Made by a program: the position numbers and the translations under genes. Shown one piece after another: positions 35,055-44,020 of a DNA stretch of 64,000 nt (the stretch's first letter is position 1; each line of letters starts with the position of its first letter). Origin of the DNA: Candidatus Amphirhobacter sp. (GTDB taxonomy: Bacteria > Pseudomonadota > Gammaproteobacteria > Tethybacterales > Tethybacteraceae). The notes under the pieces were generated by a model that did not search any database, was not told the DNA's origin, and saw nothing but the letters and a program-made list of their open reading frames with translations. Location of the stretch: contig OZ244940.1 of the NCBI GenBank assembly GCA_965222035.1, positions 1,775,852 to 1,839,851 on the forward strand, written 5' to 3'.

Positions 35055-36259
35055 CGCAGCTGCGGCCAGCCGCTGGGGACGCCGTGGCAGGTCTCGATGT
35101 TGTCGACCGTCGGCGCGCCCTTGGTTACGCCGGCGATGCCGGCGACAAAAGCGCGGGTGACGAAGGCCTGGCCGCGAAAGCCGAACACCACGCTGTCGCC
35201 CGCCTGCGGCTTGACCTTGCCGTTCGCGTCGATCATGCCGTAGTAGTCGATGGCGCTCGGCGGCGGGATCTCGACGCTCGCGCGCTGCTGGTTCAGGTCG
35301 CCCGCCGGCTCGGTGCCCACCACCGCCTGGACGTCGTAGTCCGGAAAGACCGGGTCGATGTAGAGCCCGCCGCCGAAGCAGTAGGCCTTGCCGCCGTGCA
35401 GATGCGAGACCTCAGTCAGGTACAGCACCGCAGGCAGTTCGGGCAGGTTTTCGATCGCATGCAGCGGCGTGGTCCCGTGCAGGCCGTTGCCCGGCTCGCA
35501 CTGGGTCGCGCCGGCGCCCGCGAGCGCTTCGACGACCACTGCGCTCGTGGTACCCGGCGCGTTGATCTCGATGTCCTTGCGCCCGGACTTGGCGAGCTGC
35601 TCGCGTGCCTGCTCGAGGGTCGCGAGGTTGGGCGTGCGCTCGACCGCCCGCTTGTCGTTGTCATAGAGCAGGGCGGGAAAGGTGGTGATGCCCGCGCAGT
35701 GCGCATGCTCGAGGCCGTCGATCATGTCGGCGGCGGCCACGACCTCGGCCGCGGCGAAGCCGCCTTCGTGGCCGCGGTAGAAAATGTCGCCGTCGGCATG
35801 GATGCGCGCCAGCATGGCCTGCTCGCGCCCGGCGCGTCCGGCGGCCGCCGCCGCTTCCTGCGCCTTGGTCTCGGAATAGACCGTCCAGTAATCCGGCTTG
35901 AGTCCGCCTGCGGCCAGGTCCGCCTCGCCGCGCGGTACCTGCACCAGGTGCCCCAGGTGCCCGACCTTGAGCCCGGCGCGGTCGCAGGACACCCCGCAGG
36001 CGATGTCGACGGCGACGCAGCGGTCGATGCCGCCGCGCATGACCGCCTTGCAAAAGCCTGAGTTGCGCCCGACCTGCTTGGTCATGGCATAGACCTTGAG
36101 CTGGTGCTTGGCCGCCTCGGCCGCGAAGGCGCGGGCGTTGGCCTCGACCGCGTCGAGATCGAGCACATAGCAGTTGGGCGGCAGCTTGCCCTGCTGGTGC
36201 AGGTTGATGGCCGCTTCGATGAAGGCGGCGTTGCGGCGGATGAGCACGTCGAGGAACAT
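35051..36259 (-). CDS. YhfX-like PLP-dependent (alanine racemase N-terminal fold) protein
   Basis: The N-terminus MFLDVLIRRNAAFIEAAINLHQQGKLPPNCYVLDLD...YAMTKQVGRN resembles E. coli YhfX as I recall it. The gene is embedded in the ABC operon. Confidence 0.5.
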   Translation of the reverse strand: MFLDVLIRRNAAFIEAAINLHQQGKLPPNCYVLDLDAVEANARAFAAEAAKHQLKVYAMTKQVGRNSGFCKAVMRGGIDRCVAVDIACGVSCDRAGLKVGHLGHLVQVPRGEADLAAGGLKPDYWTVYSETKAQEAAAAAGRAGREQAMLARIHADGDIFYRGHEGGFAAAEVVAAADMIDGLEHAHCAGITTFPALLYDNDKRAVERTPNLATLEQAREQLAKSGRKDIEINAPGTTSAVVVEALAGAGATQCEPGNGLHGTTPLHAIENLPELPAVLYLTEVSHLHGGKAYCFGGGLYIDPVFPDYDVQAVVGTEPAGDLNQQRASVEIPPPSAIDYYGMIDANGKVKPQAGDSVVFGFRGQAFVTRAFVAGIAGVTKGAPTVDNIETCHGVPSGWPQLR

Positions 36260-36275
36260 AGCGGCCTCCTGGGCG

Positions 36276-37247
36276 TTAGCGGGCGGTATTGCGGAGGGAG
36301 AGGGCGACGGCGGCGAGGATGATGACGCCGCGGACGATCATCTGGTCGGATACGGCCAGGCCCATGAGGATCAGGCCGTTGTTGAGCATACCCATCAGCA
36401 GGGCGCCGATGAAGGCGCCGACGATCGAGCCGCGTCCGCCGTTGAGCGCCGTGCCGCCGACGATCACCGCGGCGATCACGATCATCAGGTCGGTCTCGCC
36501 CAGCGTGTACTTGGCGGCCTGCAGCCGGCCGGCGTACAGCAGTCCGGCGAGTCCGGCGCAGCCGCCGCAGATGGTGAGGGCGGCGAAGCGCACCCGCGCG
36601 ACTTTGACGCCGGCGACGCGGGCCGCGCCGGGATTGTCGCCGGTCGCGAGGATGTGGGCCCCGAAGCGCGTGTGGCGGAAGATCCAGTGCCCGACCAGCA
36701 CCGCGCCGAAGGTCCACCACACCAAAGAGGGAACACCGAACAGCCGCCCCGAGCCGAAAAAGCCGGTGAAGGAGTCGTTGATGACCGCAATCGAGCGCAG
36801 GTCAGTCATGGTGCGCGCCACGCCGGCGAACAGCCCCAGCGTCGCGAGCGTTACCAAAAACGAGGGCAGGCGCAATCCAGCGACCAGCGCGCCGTTGAAG
36901 GCCCCGATCAGCAGTCCGGCGCCCAGCCCGGCCGCGACCCCAACGGCCAGCGGCATGCTCTGCAAGGCGACGGCCGCCGCCAGGGCGCTGACCGCTACGG
37001 TCGAGCCGAAAGAGATGTCGATCTCACCTGCGGACAGGACATAGACCAGTCCAATCGCCATCACCGTTGCCGGCGCGGTCTGCAGGATGATGTTGGTGAG
37101 GTTGCGAGTCGTCAAGAAGCCATCGTCATGCAAGACGATGGCGAAGAACAGGAAAATCGCCAGAAAGCCGATGTAGATGAGATGCTGCTGGAGATCGAAG
37201 CCCTGCAGCTTCGACCTCCAAGCATCTGCCGGCTTGCCGGCAGCCAA
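36276..37247 (-). CDS. Sugar ABC transporter permease (RbsC-type)
   Basis: Multi-TM protein with TGDNPGAARVAGVKV, typical of the ribose/xylose-type permease family. Confidence 0.8.
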   Translation of the reverse strand: MAAGKPADAWRSKLQGFDLQQHLIYIGFLAIFLFFAIVLHDDGFLTTRNLTNIILQTAPATVMAIGLVYVLSAGEIDISFGSTVAVSALAAAVALQSMPLAVGVAAGLGAGLLIGAFNGALVAGLRLPSFLVTLATLGLFAGVARTMTDLRSIAVINDSFTGFFGSGRLFGVPSLVWWTFGAVLVGHWIFRHTRFGAHILATGDNPGAARVAGVKVARVRFAALTICGGCAGLAGLLYAGRLQAAKYTLGETDLMIVIAAVIVGGTALNGGRGSIVGAFIGALLMGMLNNGLILMGLAVSDQMIVRGVIILAAVALSLRNTAR

Positions 37248-37280
37248 GGCGCGAGGTGCCGCCTTTTAGCTACGCGCGCC

Positions 37281-38342
37281 CTAGCGCGCGTTCAGCACGC
37301 TGTCGGGCGCGGGCCGGTTGAGCGAGATGCGCCAGTTGCGCGCGATGTTGCCCTTGTCGACTGTGATGGCCGGCGCGACCACGAACGGCGGGGTTTCCTG
37401 GCCCAGCAGGTCCCGCGCGCCGGCGGCCGCCATGGCCCGGCCCAGCTCGTAGGCCTCGTCCGCCACGATCGCCGCGACGTTGCCGTCATTCATCATGTCG
37501 AGCGCGATCGGCTCGGACAGGTCGAGAGTGACGATCTTGGTCGAGGTGTTGCCGTTCGCCCGCAGCGCGGCCAGTACGCCCTCGGCCGGTCCGGCCCAGG
37601 TGACGTAGATGCCGTCGAGGTCGGGGTTCTTCAGCAGCATGGCGTTGGCGATCTCCTCGGCCCGCGCGGGGTCGCTGATGCCCGCCTCGGCGGTGACGTC
37701 GATGTTCGGATAGTCGTTCTCGATCGTCGTCTTGAAGGCGTTGTCGCGCTGGTTGGTCACGTAGTAGGTGGCGTCGTGGAAGATCCAGCCCACTTCACCT
37801 GCGCCGCCGATGGCGCTGGCCAGCGCATCCGCGGCCTGCTTGCCCATTTGGAACAGGTCGTCGGTGACGATGGCTGCGTAATCGCGCGGGTGCTGGTAAT
37901 CGGACGGCAGGTTGGACAGGAAGACCAGCTTGACGTCATCGGCCAAGGCTTCCTTGAACGCCGCGGCCGAGGTTACCGGGTCGAGCGGCAGCGCCAGGAT
38001 AATGTCCGGGTTGCGCGCCAGCGAGGTCTCGATGTCGCTGCGCTGCTTGGCGGCGTCGAAGGCCGCGTTGGTCTCAGCGACGACTTCGATGCCCAGCCGC
38101 GCGAACTCGTCCTTGGCGCCAGCGGTCACGGCGTTGACGAAGTCCGACTGGTCGTGCCACAGCAGGGCGGCCTTGTAGTTGCCGTTGCGCAGCGTGATGA
38201 CGTCCGAATCGGCCACGCGGACGGTGGACGAGGGCGTCGCCTCCTCACCGCCGGGACCAATGGTTTCAGCCAGCGCCAGCGGCTGGGCCGCCAGCAGGGC
38301 CGCGGCTACGACAGCCGCTCCATAAGAATTTTTGGTGTTCAT
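37281..38342 (-). CDS. Sugar ABC transporter periplasmic binding protein (RbsB-type)
   Basis: Signal peptide AVVAAALLAAQPLALA and a Peripla_BP_4-like sequence. It is the first gene of the minus-strand ABC operon. Confidence 0.8.
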   Translation of the reverse strand: MNTKNSYGAAVVAAALLAAQPLALAETIGPGGEEATPSSTVRVADSDVITLRNGNYKAALLWHDQSDFVNAVTAGAKDEFARLGIEVVAETNAAFDAAKQRSDIETSLARNPDIILALPLDPVTSAAAFKEALADDVKLVFLSNLPSDYQHPRDYAAIVTDDLFQMGKQAADALASAIGGAGEVGWIFHDATYYVTNQRDNAFKTTIENDYPNIDVTAEAGISDPARAEEIANAMLLKNPDLDGIYVTWAGPAEGVLAALRANGNTSTKIVTLDLSEPIALDMMNDGNVAAIVADEAYELGRAMAAAGARDLLGQETPPFVVAPAITVDKGNIARNWRISLNRPAPDSVLNAR

Positions 38343-38453
38343 GGTTGTTATTTACTCCTCCGATGCTTCAGAACGGCGCTTGCTATGCCATCCCAAAACA
38401 TTGCGGAAAGTTTATCACAAATGATATATCTAGAGGGAGGGGCATAGCAGGAG

Positions 38454-39380
38454 CTAGGACTTGAAGGGCGTGTCGTAGCCTGCGTAGCTCTGCACGTATT
38501 GAAGGATATAGGTGCCGCTCTCATCCTGCGGATTCTTGCCATCGACCAGCAGGCTGACGACCCCGCCGGCGCCGCGCAGATGCGCGCCGGCCAGGAGCCC
38601 GGACAGCGTGATGGTGACCTCGTTGGGCAGGCCGCTCGGCGGGTTGGGCACCGGCGGGTCGAGCTTGTCCCAATAGACCTTGGTGTTGAGGTAGTCGGAC
38701 AGCTGCTTGCCGCGCGCTTTCAGTCCATCGACAATGCCCTGGTACTTGTTGGCGAAGTGATCTTTGATGATGAGGATTTGTTTGGAGGGGTCGCGGAAGT
38801 CAGCGTTGCTGCTGATGCCGTTCTTGCCAGTGAAATTACCGTCAAAGAAGTAAACGGTGTCCGTGATCCAAGTTGGTGTGGAGACCAAGGCAGGGTCGTT
38901 GGAGAAGAAAATAGATCGGCCTGCTTTCCAATAGCTTGGATCCACATCCACATAATGCACTGGAAACAGCACTATTCCTTCATCGCTGCTAGCAGGCGCG
39001 GGAATTTCGGTGAAGTTATAGTAGCCGAGTGTCTGCAGATCAGATTCCTGGAACTGGAAGCCTACGAAGCCCAGGTAGTTGATTACCGAGGCCTGTATCT
39101 TCGCCCAGTCGGGCTTGGGGTTGGAGGGATCGTACAGCGAATCCACGCCGATGATGGTGAAGAGTTCCTTGATGGTCAGGTTGTCCTGCATGATGGGATT
39201 GCCGTCTTCATCGCGCACGACCCGTCCGGGACTAAGAACCCTCGGATAGCTGAGCGTGGTGCGAAGTTCCCAGTAGTGGTTGTAGAAGTCTTGCTTCGCC
39301 GGATCGATGTCGGATTCGAAAATCCAGACCGCGTTGATGAAGTCGTCGTAGCTGCCGCCTTGTGGTTTTTGCTCGCTCAT
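38454..39380 (-). CDS. Hypothetical protein, no confidently recognised family
   Basis: 308 aa from MSEQKPQGG, preceded by an AGGAAGG RBS. No signal peptide and intermediate GC. It is divergent from the DUF4143-type ATPase across an AT-rich spacer. The segments GFVGFQFQESDLQTLGYY and GAHLRGAGG weakly resemble lysozyme-like/transglycosylase families, but I cannot assign one. Confidence 0.5.
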   Translation of the reverse strand: MSEQKPQGGSYDDFINAVWIFESDIDPAKQDFYNHYWELRTTLSYPRVLSPGRVVRDEDGNPIMQDNLTIKELFTIIGVDSLYDPSNPKPDWAKIQASVINYLGFVGFQFQESDLQTLGYYNFTEIPAPASSDEGIVLFPVHYVDVDPSYWKAGRSIFFSNDPALVSTPTWITDTVYFFDGNFTGKNGISSNADFRDPSKQILIIKDHFANKYQGIVDGLKARGKQLSDYLNTKVYWDKLDPPVPNPPSGLPNEVTITLSGLLAGAHLRGAGGVVSLLVDGKNPQDESGTYILQYVQSYAGYDTPFKS

Positions 39381-39597
39381 GATTAGCCTTCCTGGTGCAA
39401 TTATAAGAGGCTTGTGGAGCGAAGTACCATCTACCAGAAACAACGTGCGCTTCGCATCCCTGGAATTTCTACCTATAGAAAGATATTTTAGGAATAATCG
39501 ATGATTAATCATAAAAATTTATATATTATTTAAAAATATCAGTAATAATTGGCTATTTTCCCTGTATTTTTATATATTCTTGAAAAATCACAGCAAT

Positions 39598-40815
39598 ATG
39601 ATAGAATTGCCGGGCATGAGCAGTAAAATCATTACTAGACGGAAGAAAGCGGAGGTCCTTCAAAGCCTTAGGATTCACCCGGCTGTTGCCATTCTAGGGC
39701 AGCATCAGGTGGGCAAAACCACGTTGGCGAAAGAAATAGCGGCCGACTTCGATGCCCGCTACTACGACTTCGAAACCGAGGGGGCTAGGCGCATGGTTGA
39801 CCAAGGCCGAATGTTCCAGCAGGTGCAGGAGGCAGAGGGAAACAGGCTAGTAGTGCTGGACGAAGTCCATAATCAGCACGGCTTGTTCTCGGAGTTGAAA
39901 GGGATTATCGACGCTAGCATTTCTCAGGACAAGGACAAAGCCATGGGTATGTTCCTGTTGCTCGATTCCTCGTCGCAGGAGCTGGCGAACAAATCAAATG
40001 AGAGCATGATAGGACGCTTGGGTTATGTGTACCTGGATCCGCTCAATGTCCTGGAAGTGGACAGGTACGACATTGACAAACTATGGCGGCGCGGCGGCCT
40101 GCCAAGTAGTTTTCTACAGAAAAATGATGATGATAGCAATCTTATCCGCCGCAGTATCATTGACCATATGTCGGGACGAGAATTAGCTGACCGCGGCCTG
40201 GGCATCGACTATGGCCAGAGGATGAGACTCATGCATATATTGGCGGATCGCCATGGTGGCATGTTGAATGTGGAGGAGCTGGCCAATGACATCAAAATAA
40301 AGAGGAAGCCGGTTGAGCGTTTTTTGGATTTGCTAGCCGACCTGCGCATAATCAGGCTGCTGCAGCCATATGAGAAGACTGTGACAAAAACACTGGTCAA
40401 GACTCCGAAGTTTTATTATCGAGACAGTGGAATGCTGCATTGGTTCTTGGGCATAATCAAGCAGGAAGAGTTGGAAGTGCATCGCCAATCAGGATATAGT
40501 TGGGAAAGTTTTGTCATCGAAAATATTCTGCGACTGGTGCATCGGCCCGATCTAGCTTGTTTTTATCGTACCAGGGACGGAGCGGAAATTGATTTAGTTC
40601 TCAAAATGCCCGGCGACCAAACCTGGGCTATTGACATCAAAGAAGGCTATCCTAAAATCAGCAGAGGAATGACTGTTTCACTCAATGACTTGAAACCAGA
40701 TCGCAGTTTCGTCGTCCACACGCGCGATGACTTGCCGCCTACCCAAGGCAAGCATGGCATTGAGTTCGTGTCCCTGTTGGGTATATGCCACGAGATTAAC
40801 GCAGCGCTCGAATAG
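39598..40815 (+). CDS. AAA+ ATPase with DUF4143-type C-terminal region and D...DxK motif (distant paralog 4)
   Basis: Walker A GQHQVGKTT, Walker B LVVLDEVH, C-terminal AEIDLVL...AIDIKEG. The start context CAATATGATAGAAT is shared with paralogs 1 and 2. The listed ORF begins at 39580. Confidence 0.7.
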   Translation: MIELPGMSSKIITRRKKAEVLQSLRIHPAVAILGQHQVGKTTLAKEIAADFDARYYDFETEGARRMVDQGRMFQQVQEAEGNRLVVLDEVHNQHGLFSELKGIIDASISQDKDKAMGMFLLLDSSSQELANKSNESMIGRLGYVYLDPLNVLEVDRYDIDKLWRRGGLPSSFLQKNDDDSNLIRRSIIDHMSGRELADRGLGIDYGQRMRLMHILADRHGGMLNVEELANDIKIKRKPVERFLDLLADLRIIRLLQPYEKTVTKTLVKTPKFYYRDSGMLHWFLGIIKQEELEVHRQSGYSWESFVIENILRLVHRPDLACFYRTRDGAEIDLVLKMPGDQTWAIDIKEGYPKISRGMTVSLNDLKPDRSFVVHTRDDLPPTQGKHGIEFVSLLGICHEINAALE

Positions 40816-42060
40816 TTACTTCTCCAATCCGCAGAAATCAGCGATGAACAAAGCGAAGGCGCGGGCCGCCGCCAGGTACTCGGAGACGGACAAACGCTCT
40901 TCCAAGGTGTGCGCGACGCCGATGTCGCCCGGCGCGCAGTAGACCGCCGGACAGCCGATCTGCTTCGTCAGGAAGGGCATCTCCGACCAAAAAGGCGCGC
41001 CTTCGATGGCGCCGGGCTTGTCGCTGCAGCGCTCGATCGCCTGCTGCAGCTGCGCGACTGCTGGCAGGGCAGGGTCAATCTCAGCGGGCGTACCGCCGTG
41101 CTTGTGATCGCGGCCGGCTGGATAGTCGATGGCGATCTCAATGCCCTTCTCGACCGGCGCGCCGCGCACTGCTTTTTCAAATGAGGCGACCGCGTCATCG
41201 AGGCTCTCGCCCGGGCGCAGTTTGCGGATCAGCGAGAGCTTGCATGTCTCGGGTACCGCGATGTAGCCGCCGCCGCTGAGCGAGGTGATCAGGGCGCTCG
41301 CGCGGCCGACCAGCTTGTGCTCGCCGCTGGCCTCGAGCTCCCGGGCGTGATCCCAGATCGCGGTTTGAATCGCATGCGCGGCGCGGAAGGCGTCGATGCC
41401 TTCCTCGGGCCGCCCGAAGTAGGCCGACTTGCCGGTCACCGTGATGTCGGCGATGAAAAAACCAATCTGCGAAGTGTAGACCGCCAGCTTGCTGGGCTCG
41501 ACGTAGATCGCGAAGTCCGGCTTGGCGATCTCGCCAGCGACGACGCGCTTGGCGTACTGCGCGACGCCGGCGCTGACGCCGGTGCCGGTCTCGCCGCTCT
41601 CCTCATCGCCTACGAAAGCGAAGGCCACCTCGCCGGCGTGCTTGACCCCGCAAGCCTGCAGCAGGTCGAGCGCCGCGATGCTCGCGCAGATGCCGCCCTT
41701 GAGATCGACGGTACCGCGGCCCCAGATCTCGCCGTCGACGACCGCGCCGCCGCAGGGGTCCTCGCGGGGATCGCCTTGCCAACGCTCGGCCCAGCCATCG
41801 ACATGCACGGTGTCGGTGTGCCCGATGAACAGCAGTCGTGGACCGGCTTGCTCGCTGGTACTCGCGCCCCAGATGTTCGGCCGGCCCGGCAGGAACTCCT
41901 CTTGCTGCGGCTGCAAGCCGCGGGCGTCGAGCTCGGTCTGCAGTACCTTGACGAAATTGGCCTCGTCGCCGGTCACGCTGCGCGCCTGGACCGCGCGCTT
42001 GAGCAGGCCGAGCGCCGCATCCTGGTCCTGGACTTCGATTAACTTCTTGGGATCGATCAT
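40816..42060 (-). CDS. M20 family metallopeptidase / ArgE-DapE-like deacylase
   Basis: HTDTV, GRGTVDLKGG and GDEESGETG motifs. Confidence 0.8.
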   Translation of the reverse strand: MIDPKKLIEVQDQDAALGLLKRAVQARSVTGDEANFVKVLQTELDARGLQPQQEEFLPGRPNIWGASTSEQAGPRLLFIGHTDTVHVDGWAERWQGDPREDPCGGAVVDGEIWGRGTVDLKGGICASIAALDLLQACGVKHAGEVAFAFVGDEESGETGTGVSAGVAQYAKRVVAGEIAKPDFAIYVEPSKLAVYTSQIGFFIADITVTGKSAYFGRPEEGIDAFRAAHAIQTAIWDHARELEASGEHKLVGRASALITSLSGGGYIAVPETCKLSLIRKLRPGESLDDAVASFEKAVRGAPVEKGIEIAIDYPAGRDHKHGGTPAEIDPALPAVAQLQQAIERCSDKPGAIEGAPFWSEMPFLTKQIGCPAVYCAPGDIGVAHTLEERLSVSEYLAAARAFALFIADFCGLEK

Positions 42061-42071
42061 AACTGGCTTCC

Positions 42072-42860
42072 TTAGTAAATGCCGCCGCCGCCCGCGCCGC
42101 CCTCGGCCGCGGGCCGCATCTTAGCCAGTTCTTCCTCACCCGCCTTGAGCAGCAGGCGGCTGTCCGACATGATGGTGACCAGCCCGAAACCCTGCTCGAG
42201 CATGCGCTGGGCGTACGCGGCCGAGCCGGTGTGGATGCCGGCCCACAGCTTGTGTTCCTTGGCCTTGGCCGCGATCAGCCCGATCGCCTCGACCACTTCC
42301 GGCTGCTCGGTGTCGAGCTGGGGCGGGTGCCCGAGGGAGCAGGACAGGTCGGCCGGGCCGACATAGATGCCGTCGACGCCGTCGGTCCCCATGATGGCAT
42401 CGATGTCATCGAGCGCTGATTTGGTCTCGATCATCGCGAAGGCCAGGCAGTTGGCGTCGGCCTGCTGCGCGTAGTCGGCGCCGTGCCGCAGCACCGCCCG
42501 GGTCGGGCCGAAGCTGCGCCCGCCGCGCGGCGGATAGCGCATGGCGTGGATGAACTTTTCGGCGTCGGCGCCGCTGTTGACCATCGGGCAGATGACGCCG
42601 TGGCAGCCGGCGTCCAGGGTCTTCATGATGATGCCGGGCTCGAGCCAGGGCACCCGCGCCATCACCGGCATCGCCGGCGGGATCGCGCCGAGCATCGGCA
42701 GCAGGGTGTCGTAGCCGACCAGGCCGTGCTGCATGTCGATGGTGAGCGCGTCCCACGGCAGGGAGGCCATGGCCTCGGCCGTGAAGAACGAGGGGATGGC
42801 GAGCCAGCCGTTGACGACGGGCTGGCCTTTAGCGAGGCGCTGCTTGATGGGGTTGTCCAT
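42072..42860 (-). CDS. HpcH/HpaI family aldolase
   Basis: 262 aa with the typical HpcH/HpaI layout: DMQHG, an RVPW region, and IETKSALDDIDAI. Confidence 0.8.
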   Translation of the reverse strand: MDNPIKQRLAKGQPVVNGWLAIPSFFTAEAMASLPWDALTIDMQHGLVGYDTLLPMLGAIPPAMPVMARVPWLEPGIIMKTLDAGCHGVICPMVNSGADAEKFIHAMRYPPRGGRSFGPTRAVLRHGADYAQQADANCLAFAMIETKSALDDIDAIMGTDGVDGIYVGPADLSCSLGHPPQLDTEQPEVVEAIGLIAAKAKEHKLWAGIHTGSAAYAQRMLEQGFGLVTIMSDSRLLLKAGEEELAKMRPAAEGGAGGGGIY

Positions 42861-42934
42861 GGCGGTAGCGGCGGCGAAAAGCGGCCCTGCTATTGTAAAA
42901 CCTCCGGCTCCTTCCCCCTAGTAGAATGCAAGGG

Positions 42935-43612
42935 ATGAAGTGGTCGCAAGCTCGGCTGCGCGCGGCGGCGCTGGCGCTGCTGGCCGTGCTGCCGGCGAGC
43001 TGGAGTGCGGCGGAGACAGTGGTCGAGTTCGGCCCCGGGCAGCTGGACGGCTGGCGCCTGGAGACCTTTCCCAAGCTGACGGTGCATACCGACTACGCCG
43101 AGGTGGACGATCCGTCCAGCCCGGCCAGCGGCCGCGCCATCGACGCCCGCTCCGAAGGCGGAGTCGCGGGCTATGTCTATGAAAGCGACCTGCCGTTCGC
43201 CCTGGACGCCGAGGTGGTGCTCAGCTATCAGGTGCTCGCGGCGCGCAATCCGGCCGATGAGCGCGCCAAGGCGGGCGATGACTTCCCGCTGCGCTTTTAC
43301 CTGACGGCCAAGACCGGCCTGCTCAGCTATGAGACGCTGGTTCTGGTCCATTCCTTGCAGTCGCCGGCGGGCAGCCACTGGGCCAATCCCTACAGCCAGC
43401 GCCTGGCGCAGTTTGAGATGCATGCGATCGCCGGGCCTGAGGACGAGCTGGGCGAGTGGCGCGAGATTGTCGTACCGGTCGGGCTGCGATGGCGCGAGCG
43501 CTTCGGCTCCGTGCCCGACGAGCTGATCGCGCTCGGCGTGATGGTCGACAGCGACAACGCCGGCGGCATGATGCATACGCGCATCGCAGGCATCAGCTAC
43601 CGTTCCCGCTAG
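42935..43612 (+). CDS. DUF3047-like secreted protein
   Basis: Signal peptide LALLAVLPASWSAAE and GDDFPLRFYL, reminiscent of DUF3047. The family call is tentative. Confidence 0.45.
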   Translation: MKWSQARLRAAALALLAVLPASWSAAETVVEFGPGQLDGWRLETFPKLTVHTDYAEVDDPSSPASGRAIDARSEGGVAGYVYESDLPFALDAEVVLSYQVLAARNPADERAKAGDDFPLRFYLTAKTGLLSYETLVLVHSLQSPAGSHWANPYSQRLAQFEMHAIAGPEDELGEWREIVVPVGLRWRERFGSVPDELIALGVMVDSDNAGGMMHTRIAGISYRSR

Positions 43613-43738
43613 CGGGACGGGGCCACCCGCCGCAGGCTAAAATAACAGCGGAGGAGAGAGGGCGCAGCGTCAATGCTGGTTCCGAATCGCTGACACGGCC
43701 GTTTGCGCCGGCAGCGTTGCGCTGGAGAGCAGGAGCAA

Positions 43739-44017
43739 ATGAGCGTCACCAGCGCGGACATCAAGATCAAGTATGCGTCCGGCATGCATGCGCGCCCGGC
43801 GGTCGCCTTCACCAAGCTGGCCAAGACCTTCGACTGCGACATCCAGTGTATTGTGGTCGGCCGCAGCATCAACTTCAACGCCAAGAGCATCAAGCAGGCC
43901 ATGGGAGCCAAGGTGCGCCAGGGCCAGACCCTGCGCATCGAGGCCTGCGGGCCCGAGGCGAACGTGGCCGTCGACGCTTTGGTCGAACTGGTCAAGCTGG
44001 ACTTCCAAGAGGATTGA
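43739..44017 (+). CDS. ptsH: HPr-family phosphocarrier protein
   Basis: 92 aa with GMHARPA (active-site His) after a GCAGGAGCAA RBS. The listed ORF starts earlier, at 43703. Confidence 0.8.
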   Translation: MSVTSADIKIKYASGMHARPAVAFTKLAKTFDCDIQCIVVGRSINFNAKSIKQAMGAKVRQGQTLRIEACGPEANVAVDALVELVKLDFQED

Positions 44018-44020
44018 ACC

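Noticed and set aside
39594-39607. CAATATGATAGAAT (also present at 28243-28256 and 30071-30084 as the reverse complement) read as an extended -10 promoter (TGnTAGAAT).
   Set aside because: Its ATG is in frame with the downstream ORF in paralogs 1 and 4. The peptides that follow are homologous (MIKSNVKKYD versus MIECCVKNYN). It is therefore better explained as the ancestral start-codon context of the gene family than as a -10 element. A dual role cannot be excluded.
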